Notes under the pieces: generated by a model | What the model was told of the DNA's origin: nothing | Databases searched by the model: none | The model's input: only the letters and a program-made list of their open reading frames with translations | Shown here: positions 57,593-64,000 of the stretch, piece after piece | Position numbering within the stretch: the stretch's first letter is position 1 | Layout of the letters: each line of letters opens with the position of its first letter | Assembly (NCBI GenBank): GCA_043811535.1 | Contig: JBDRNC010000038.1 | Coordinates: 45,050 to 109,049, forward strand | Direction of reading: 5' to 3' | Source: Elusimicrobiota bacterium | GTDB taxonomy: Bacteria > Elusimicrobiota > Endomicrobiia > Endomicrobiales > JBDRNC01 | Length of the DNA stretch: 64,000 bases | Program-made: the position numbers and the translations under genes

Positions 57593-58128
57593 ACGTTTAT
57601 AAAGCGTTTGTACTATCGGTCCTGGCCGTGGCGCTTGCGTGTGGATCGGCTCATTCCGCTACGACGCTGGGGGCCAACGTCAAGGTCAAGGTTATTTTAG
57701 GAACATGGGACAACTGGAGCTACATGTCCGGCTTGACTGTTTTCTGGTTTTACGGCGGTGATGCTTCGGGTACTACAACAACCGGTTCGTTATACATGCA
57801 TTGGTCCAGTACTAACAGTACCTCCGTGTACGCGGAAGTCGGCACGGCCGATATCAACGAAAACTGGACGCAATATGTCAGGATCAAGGCCTCAGTCAAG
57901 TGTTCAAGCGTCAATGCGCCCATCGACATAGTGTTTTTTGACGGAACGAACTGGATAGGAACATCAGCGCAGAAAGTTTCAACGGCGAATACCTGGCAGA
58001 ACCTTGAATGGAACCTGCCGTCCGGGACATTCAGCTGGAACGCCGTGAAAAAAGTTATTTTCAGGGTCAGAACCGATACGGAGCCTTCCGGAACATTCTA
58101 CGCAGAAAACGTCAAACTACTCAAATGA
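57589..58128 (+). CDS. Secreted CBM-like beta-sandwich protein
   Basis: Signal peptide; ANTWQNLEWNL...GTFYAENVKL; ATGA overlaps on both sides. Confidence 0.5.
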   Translation: MNVYKAFVLSVLAVALACGSAHSATTLGANVKVKVILGTWDNWSYMSGLTVFWFYGGDASGTTTTGSLYMHWSSTNSTSVYAEVGTADINENWTQYVRIKASVKCSSVNAPIDIVFFDGTNWIGTSAQKVSTANTWQNLEWNLPSGTFSWNAVKKVIFRVRTDTEPSGTFYAENVKLLK

Positions 58129-59420
58129 ATATACCACTGCGTAATATCAGTGCGGTGCTGTTTTTATTGCTTGCCGGACTATTTGTCAGCGCCTCTGCCG
58201 CTGAGGTCAGGGCTTTCGCGCTGCACAACAGGCTGAGCATAGCTATCTCCAACGGGGATGTTAATCTGGGGGAGATGAACGTCAAATCCATAGGCTTGTC
58301 GACAATCCCCATCATTGTCAAAAATGACGGGGAAACACGATTCGACTTGAATCTGTCGCTAAATGACCCCACGGGATGGACGGCCGTTTCCTATTCAACG
58401 GGAATACCGGGCGTTAACCAGTACAGACTGTTCGGCATATTCGCTTCAAAGGGCATGCCCGGCCAGTTGGATTATGCTCAGGATGACATAATTACTCTGT
58501 CGGCGCGGACCGCCGACGATGCCAACTTCGCGTCAGAAAACACCGGAAAAGGCACGGGTAATGGAGTCCCTCCGAACAAGGAAAGGGACCTGTATTTCAG
58601 GTTTGATTCATGCGAAATACTGCCCTCCTGCGAAGAATCCCTGGGCATAACCATAAACATCACGGCGGTGCCGACCGCAAACAAGAGGTGTCTGAAAACC
58701 ATTGGCAAAAGGGGCGGTTCATTGTCTTTCAGCGACGGGACATCGGTTGATATACCCGTTGGTGCGCTATCGGCGGACTGGGAAATTTCGCTGGTGGAAC
58801 TTGACGAGGACGAAGCGCCGCAAAGAAAAAAGTCGCCGGCCGCCGGTCCCGGCGCAGGTGTGCCCGATGTCAAAAACGCCGAGGCGCTGGTATGCGCTTA
58901 CGCGCTGTATCCGGAAGGGCTAGCCCTCAATAAACCTGCAGAAGCTTGCTTCCTCTACAGCCAGAGCAGGATTAAAAGGCTGGGAGTGGACCCGAAGGAC
59001 CTGAGAGCTTTCTGCTGGGACGGACATGCGTGGCTGCTCATACCGGGTTCATTAGACCAGGAAAACAGTATTTATAAAACTCAAATCCTCCGTTTTTCGT
59101 ACTACGCGCTGTTCCCGGCGCCCAATCTCACGGCGGATGATTACCTCCCGACTGAAAGCATAATAACCCCGGCAACCCGCGACGGTATAAACGATTACGC
59201 GTTCTTCCCGAATCAGAGCACGGATTATGAGATATTCATCTACGATATAACGGGCCGCCAAGTAAGGCGTCTGAACAATATCAGCGCTTCCGGGACGATG
59301 TGGGACGGCAGCGACGAACGTGGAAATATCGTTGAAAGCGGAGTCTATATTTACCAGTTCAAAGCCGACGTCGGCGGCATTAAAAAACTCATCAGCGGGA
59401 CGATAGCAGTGGCGAAATAA
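58125..59420 (+). CDS. Pilin-like + ZU5-like + T9SS/FlgD-type C-terminal domain protein
   Basis: N-terminal domain homologous to the 56014 protein; GGSL...VDIPVGAL; IITP..DGIND...IYDITGRQVR...WDG...SGVYIY. Confidence 0.65.
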   Translation: MNIPLRNISAVLFLLLAGLFVSASAAEVRAFALHNRLSIAISNGDVNLGEMNVKSIGLSTIPIIVKNDGETRFDLNLSLNDPTGWTAVSYSTGIPGVNQYRLFGIFASKGMPGQLDYAQDDIITLSARTADDANFASENTGKGTGNGVPPNKERDLYFRFDSCEILPSCEESLGITINITAVPTANKRCLKTIGKRGGSLSFSDGTSVDIPVGALSADWEISLVELDEDEAPQRKKSPAAGPGAGVPDVKNAEALVCAYALYPEGLALNKPAEACFLYSQSRIKRLGVDPKDLRAFCWDGHAWLLIPGSLDQENSIYKTQILRFSYYALFPAPNLTADDYLPTESIITPATRDGINDYAFFPNQSTDYEIFIYDITGRQVRRLNNISASGTMWDGSDERGNIVESGVYIYQFKADVGGIKKLISGTIAVAK

Positions 59421-59443
59421 CGCGGTTTCAGGCTTAAAGCTTT

Positions 59444-60421
59444 ATGAATATGATCGAGAATAAAATGAAATTAATTAAAACATCGGCACTCATAATAATT
59501 CTGTTCGGGACATTGAACCTTAAACCTGCAACTGTCTGCGGGGCCTTCTTGGACGACGGGTGGGGCGCGAGGCCCCTCGGTCTAGGAGGAGCGTACACTG
59601 CCCTGGGCGACGACGCAAACTCCCAGCTGTACAACCCAGCAGGCATCTGGCAGGCTGAAGAATTTGAGGCTGCTTTCATGTACGCAAGGCTGTTTACCGG
59701 GCTGGACAAAGTGGATTTGGGGATGAATTACGCCTCGGCCGTGCTTCCCGTGTCGAATTGGTTGAATATTGGAATACTTTGGGCAGGGATGATGTCCGCC
59801 AGCCAGTACAGAGAAGACACGTTCGCGGTCACGGGCGCGATGCCGATGTCCGACAGCATATTTTCCGGCATAAATCTCAAATACCTGAGCCACGGCTACA
59901 CGCTGGATGCCCGCACCCTGGATGACCCGGTTTTTGAATCGGGCAGTTCAAAGGGGGCGTTTTCCGCGGATATAGGAGCGCAGTGGTTTGTATTTGAAGA
60001 CGAAAAACAGCGGGTGTTGCTTGGCCTGTCGGCTAAAAATATCAACAGGCCGGATGTAGGGCTCAAGACGCAGGATATCGTCCCGACCGAGTACAGGCTG
60101 GGTTTTGCGATGACGTTTTTCGGCAGGACAAGCGTGTCTCCGTCAATCGACTTCAGCTACAGGGGGCAGGATTGGGGAAATGAATCCGACAAAATGAACG
60201 TTTATGCAGGATGCGAAACCGGATTTTTTAACAGGTTGCTGACAGTCAGAGCGGGAATAAACGTAAATGAGATGACGACCGGACTTGGTTATTCCCCTGT
60301 GTTAAGAGGCGTCATGATCAGCGTTGATTATGCGTTCGTCGCGCCCCTAAACATTCGTGAAAGCGCGGGAACTCACAGAGTTTCGCTGACAATGCGTTTC
60401 ACTACCGTTCCGGCAGAATGA
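59444..60421 (+). CDS. PorV/PorQ-like outer-membrane beta-barrel
   Basis: GARPLGLGGAYTALGDD...YNPAG; C-terminal DYAF...THRVSLTMRF. Confidence 0.8.
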   Translation: MNMIENKMKLIKTSALIIILFGTLNLKPATVCGAFLDDGWGARPLGLGGAYTALGDDANSQLYNPAGIWQAEEFEAAFMYARLFTGLDKVDLGMNYASAVLPVSNWLNIGILWAGMMSASQYREDTFAVTGAMPMSDSIFSGINLKYLSHGYTLDARTLDDPVFESGSSKGAFSADIGAQWFVFEDEKQRVLLGLSAKNINRPDVGLKTQDIVPTEYRLGFAMTFFGRTSVSPSIDFSYRGQDWGNESDKMNVYAGCETGFFNRLLTVRAGINVNEMTTGLGYSPVLRGVMISVDYAFVAPLNIRESAGTHRVSLTMRFTTVPAE

Positions 60422-60557
60422 AGCAACACTAAGAAAAACAGTTTTATCAAATCCATGGGAATGCCGTTCCCTTATTTGAAATATTGCCAAGGAAATGGTA
60501 TAAAATACTAAACCACATCTATTTAAATGGATGTGGTTTGTGCTGTTTAGGGGTATT

Positions 60558-61349
60558 ATGAAATCCTATTATTACATCGCTAAGATAAGGTTCGTATCAC
60601 AGCTGGCGTACAGGTTCGACGTTATCGTGGTATTCCTGTCAAACGTCATCATGCTGATGGCGCAGGTATTCCTGTGGCGCTGCGTTTATTCGGGAAAAGG
60701 CGTCGTCGCGGGTGTTAACGAAAGCCAGATGGTGACCTACGCCGTCTTTTCCACGCTCATGGGACTGCTCATGCACACGACAGTCCAGGAAATAATAGTC
60801 CACAAGGTCGTGACGGGAGAGATAGCAATAGATTTCCTCAAACCCGTCAATCCGCTTCTAAACTGGATGGGCGACGATATAGGCACCAATGCCAGCATAT
60901 TCTGCCTTAACGCGGTCCCGCTGGCGCTTGTGTCCGTGTTATTCGTCAAAGCCGCGCCGCAATTCAGCGCGATTTCTCTGCTTCTTTTATTTCCGGCTGT
61001 CGCGTTGAGTTTCGCGATATTGTGGGCGATGTACGCCGTCATAGGCCTGCTGGCTTTCTGGTTCATGGAACTCGGCAACCTCGGTCTGGTGCAGGGGCAG
61101 GTGATACGGATACTCGCGGGCAGTTATATCCCGCTGTGGTTCTTCCCTGATTGGGTGCAGAATATATCCAGATATCTTCCGTTCCAGTACATCGCGCAGT
61201 TCCCGTTGAGCATCTGCATCGGCAAACTGTCGAACGCGGAGATAATCAACGGGCTGGCGGTGCAATCGATATGGCTCGCGGTGATGTCGGTATCGGCGTA
61301 TTATATCTGGAAAAAGGCGCAGAAACATGTTCTTGTCCAGGGCGGTTGA
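60558..61349 (+). CDS. ABC-2 type transporter permease
   Basis: LAYRFD, GEIAIDFLKP, IPLWFFP, C-terminal VQGG. Confidence 0.88.
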   Translation: MKSYYYIAKIRFVSQLAYRFDVIVVFLSNVIMLMAQVFLWRCVYSGKGVVAGVNESQMVTYAVFSTLMGLLMHTTVQEIIVHKVVTGEIAIDFLKPVNPLLNWMGDDIGTNASIFCLNAVPLALVSVLFVKAAPQFSAISLLLLFPAVALSFAILWAMYAVIGLLAFWFMELGNLGLVQGQVIRILAGSYIPLWFFPDWVQNISRYLPFQYIAQFPLSICIGKLSNAEIINGLAVQSIWLAVMSVSAYYIWKKAQKHVLVQGG

Positions 61350-62148
61350 TTCAAGCAGGTATTATCTGTCGGTGTGGTACTACTACGCCAAGCTTGCCGT
61401 GCAGAGGCAAATGGAGTACCCTGTTTTCCTCGTGTCATGGTTTGTTTTCAATTTCCTGCAGTGGTTCGGATGGTATTACTTCTTAAAAGTGCTCTCGTTC
61501 AGGTTCAACGGCATCGCGGGGTGGGCATTCCCCGAACTGCTTTTCCTGTTCAGCCTGAGTTTGATGTCGCACGGGCTCGTGGTGATATTCTTTGTCCAGA
61601 CATGGATGATAGGCAGGTTCATAGTAAGAGGCCAGTTCGACCAGATACTCATGAGGCCGATGGACGCTTTTTATCTGTTCATGGTAGGCACCGTTAACTT
61701 CATCGGCATAGCGGACCTCCTGCCGGGCATCGTTGTTTTTATATACGCCTGCAGTCTGATGCATTTTCATTTCACGGCAATAAGCATTCTTAAGATAATC
61801 GTAGTTGTGCTGGGCGCAACATTGATAAGGACTTCGCTGTTTTTGATAACCAACTCATCGCAGTTCTGGTGGACGGGCAGGTTCGGGCTTTCCATGCTGA
61901 CCATGCAAACAATAGAATACGGTTCGATGTACCCGTTGAACATGTATCCGTATTTGTTTCAGGTTGTGCTTACATACGCTCTGCCGATAGGGTTCATCAG
62001 CTTTTACCCGTCGCTTGAACTGATGGGGAAGGGACATCCCTTCTTTTCTTACGTGCTGCTGACGCTGTTCATCGGGATGTTCCTGTTCCTGCTCGGATAC
62101 GGGATATTCAACATGGGGATGAAAAGATACGAAAGTGTAGGAAACTGA
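61327..62148 (+). CDS. ABC-2 type transporter permease
   Basis: QMEYP, GQFDQILMRP, YPLNMYP, C-terminal YESVGN. Confidence 0.88.
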   Translation: MFLSRAVDSSRYYLSVWYYYAKLAVQRQMEYPVFLVSWFVFNFLQWFGWYYFLKVLSFRFNGIAGWAFPELLFLFSLSLMSHGLVVIFFVQTWMIGRFIVRGQFDQILMRPMDAFYLFMVGTVNFIGIADLLPGIVVFIYACSLMHFHFTAISILKIIVVVLGATLIRTSLFLITNSSQFWWTGRFGLSMLTMQTIEYGSMYPLNMYPYLFQVVLTYALPIGFISFYPSLELMGKGHPFFSYVLLTLFIGMFLFLLGYGIFNMGMKRYESVGN

Positions 62149-62162
62149 CTCCGCCTTGGCGG

Positions 62163-62240
62163 AGTCATCCCCGAATGTCTTAATCGGGGATCCATGAAAA
62201 TTCGAAGCACCCCTAACCCCTCCCTAATAAGGAGGGGGAA
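62163..62240. repeat. Two REP-like palindromic units inside the ABC operon
   Basis: GTCATCCCCGA...TCGGGGATCCA and CCCCTAACCCCTCCCTAATAAGGAGGGG. Confidence 0.55.
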
Positions 62241-62252
62241 TAAAAGGAAACC

Positions 62253-63230
62253 ATGCCTATCATCATCGCTGATAAGATTAGTAAAAAATTCACTATCACA
62301 AAAAAAGAGAAGGGGTTTGCGGGCGCTGTAAAGGGCCTCTTTTTTCCGGACAAGACCATTGTTGACGCCGTCAAGGACGTGAGTTTCACTATTGACCAAG
62401 GCGAGATAGTCGGCTACATCGGCCCCAACGGCGCGGGTAAAAGCACAACAATTAAAATCCTGTCCGGCATAATGCACCCGACATCCGGAAGCATACTCAT
62501 AAACGGCATAAGCCCGCAGGCCGACAGGAAAAAGGTAGTAAAGAACATCGGCGTGGTTTTCGGCCAGAAAACCCAGTTATACTGGGACATACGCCTCGGC
62601 GAGACCTTTGAACTTGTCCGCCGCATTTACAGGATAGACGATAAGACCTATAAAGAGAACCTGGGCCTCATGAACGAGATGCTTGGCATCAACGAGATAA
62701 TAGACGTCCCGGTCAGGCAGCTGTCGCTGGGACAGAGGATGAAAGGCGACCTTACCGCCGCGACTCTCTATTCGCCCAAGATACTCTTTCTGGACGAACC
62801 GACCATAGGCCTTGATCTGGTGGCGAAACACAACATCCGCAAGTTCATACTTGACATAAACAGGATGAGAAAGACCACGGTCATACTCACCACGCACGAC
62901 CTTAACGACGTGGAACAGCTGTGCTCGCGGCTCATGGTCATAAACAAGGGACAGATAATAGAAGACGGCGGCCTTGATTCCATAGTAAAGCGCCTTGCGC
63001 CTAACCACATGCTGATAATTGAATCTCCGACCTACAAGGGCGGGTTCCAGTGCAAAAACTGCGAAACAGTGAAATACGAGAACGGCAAGCTTCACCTTAA
63101 ATTCGACAGGACGAAACTACCGGTCTCCAAACTTATATCAGAAGTCGCAAAAAACATGGACGTAGTCGAGCTCAGCGTCGTTGAACCGGATATTGAGGAT
63201 GCGATATCCAACCTGTACAGGTCGCTGTAA
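62253..63230 (+). CDS. ABC transporter ATP-binding protein
   Basis: GPNGAGKSTT, LSLGQRM, LFLDEPTIGLD, TTH. Confidence 0.95.
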   Translation: MPIIIADKISKKFTITKKEKGFAGAVKGLFFPDKTIVDAVKDVSFTIDQGEIVGYIGPNGAGKSTTIKILSGIMHPTSGSILINGISPQADRKKVVKNIGVVFGQKTQLYWDIRLGETFELVRRIYRIDDKTYKENLGLMNEMLGINEIIDVPVRQLSLGQRMKGDLTAATLYSPKILFLDEPTIGLDLVAKHNIRKFILDINRMRKTTVILTTHDLNDVEQLCSRLMVINKGQIIEDGGLDSIVKRLAPNHMLIIESPTYKGGFQCKNCETVKYENGKLHLKFDRTKLPVSKLISEVAKNMDVVELSVVEPDIEDAISNLYRSL

Positions 63231-63323
63231 TGACAGTTCACAGTTGACGGTTGACAGATGACAGCAAAAAAACGAATTAAAGCATATACATAGACCGTCA
63301 ACAGTCAACCGTCATCTGTCAAC
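63231..63323. repeat. Inverted arrays of heptamer repeats
   Basis: TGACAGT/TGACGGT-type units facing CCGTCAA/CAGTCAA/CTGTCAA units. Confidence 0.65.
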
Positions 63324-63359
63324 GTTATTTGAAGCCAATTTTGGACCACGGGTTGATGA

Positions 63360-63716
63360 ATGAAAATACAAGAGTTCGAAAACATCATAGAATCAGCGGT
63401 CAAGAGCCTTCCTGATGAATTCAGGCAAGCGCTTGAAAAGAACCAGATAGCCCTTATTCCGCGCGAAGCAGTCCCGGCGCCGCTTCGGCGCGAAAACAGG
63501 GGCAGTATAGTTTTCGGGGTTTTTATAGGGGTGCCTATGGGCATGTTCGTAAACGTTCACCACGAGCCCACGCGGATAGAACTGTATAAAGAGAGTTTTG
63601 AAGAGGCATTTTCAGGCAGGGCCGAAATGGAAACGCAAATCGTAAAGACCGTGGTCCACGAGATAGCGCATTATTTCGGATTTTCGGAAAAGAAGATAAG
63701 GAAGTTGGGATATTGA
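63360..63716 (+). CDS. Zincin-like metallopeptidase
   Basis: TVVHEIAHYFG motif; PTRIELY. Confidence 0.85.
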   Translation: MKIQEFENIIESAVKSLPDEFRQALEKNQIALIPREAVPAPLRRENRGSIVFGVFIGVPMGMFVNVHHEPTRIELYKESFEEAFSGRAEMETQIVKTVVHEIAHYFGFSEKKIRKLGY

Positions 63717-63731
63717 GTAAGGCAAGGCTGC

Positions 63732-63795
63732 ATTGCTAAATGGCTAAATTGCTGACAGGTTTTAGCCATTAAGCCATTTAGCCATTCAGCCATTT
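63732..63795. repeat. Inverted arrays of octamer repeats
   Basis: ATTGCTAA/ATGGCTAA units facing TTAGCCAT/TAAGCCAT/TCAGCCAT units. Confidence 0.65.
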
Positions 63796-64000
63796 GACCA
63801 TATAGTATTATATTTGATTTAGTTATATCTCTTTGTTATAATCTGTCAAGAATTGAATAAAGGAGATGATATAATAAAAATCAAACAGTTTTGCGGTAAT
63901 ACTTCAGAAAATATAAACTGCAAGCAAGGGCGGAAATATTTTCTGGAGTAGATAGGCTGTAGGTTGAATTTTAATGTGGGGCTTTGACCCCGGGAAGGAG

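Noticed and set aside
190..63544. Numerous short antisense or alternate-frame ORFs in the track
   Set aside because: They overlap well-supported genes and have no recognisable motifs.

Overview
Bacterial window, almost entirely + strand, probably from a diderm (lipoproteins, a BamE-like protein, a PorV-like barrel with a T9SS-type C-terminal domain). In order: (1) a pstS-pstC-pstA-pstB-pstB-phoU operon; (2) a ~23 kb cassette-like region (5.07-27.9 kb) where unrelated co-oriented gene blocks are separated by copies of one structured ~150-350 bp repeat. The blocks are two paralogous LacI/CBM/glycoamylase-family modules, an AT-rich TolB-like gene, a nucleotidyltransferase pair, a Fic gene, glgB with a lipoprotein, and a metallophosphoesterase. 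(3) GH130, a Kef antiporter and a radical SAM gene; (4) a ~20 kb LacI-controlled cluster of secreted multidomain glycoside hydrolases; (5) a GMP synthase B subunit, a LacI-linked pilin-like/T9SS-CTD/PorV-like cluster, and an ABC-2 exporter. The most interesting signal is the repeat. Each unit has an extended -10 promoter, a left arm resembling a tRNA-Glu 3' end, an inverted right arm and a terminator. Left and right halves are reassorted between copies, and the left arm shows minus-strand coding constraint (GPLVNAIRTCLDGNLKxL*). This suggests a non-integron, att-site-based cassette array. No recombinase or tRNA gene was found in the window. All family calls come from motif reading, not database searches.
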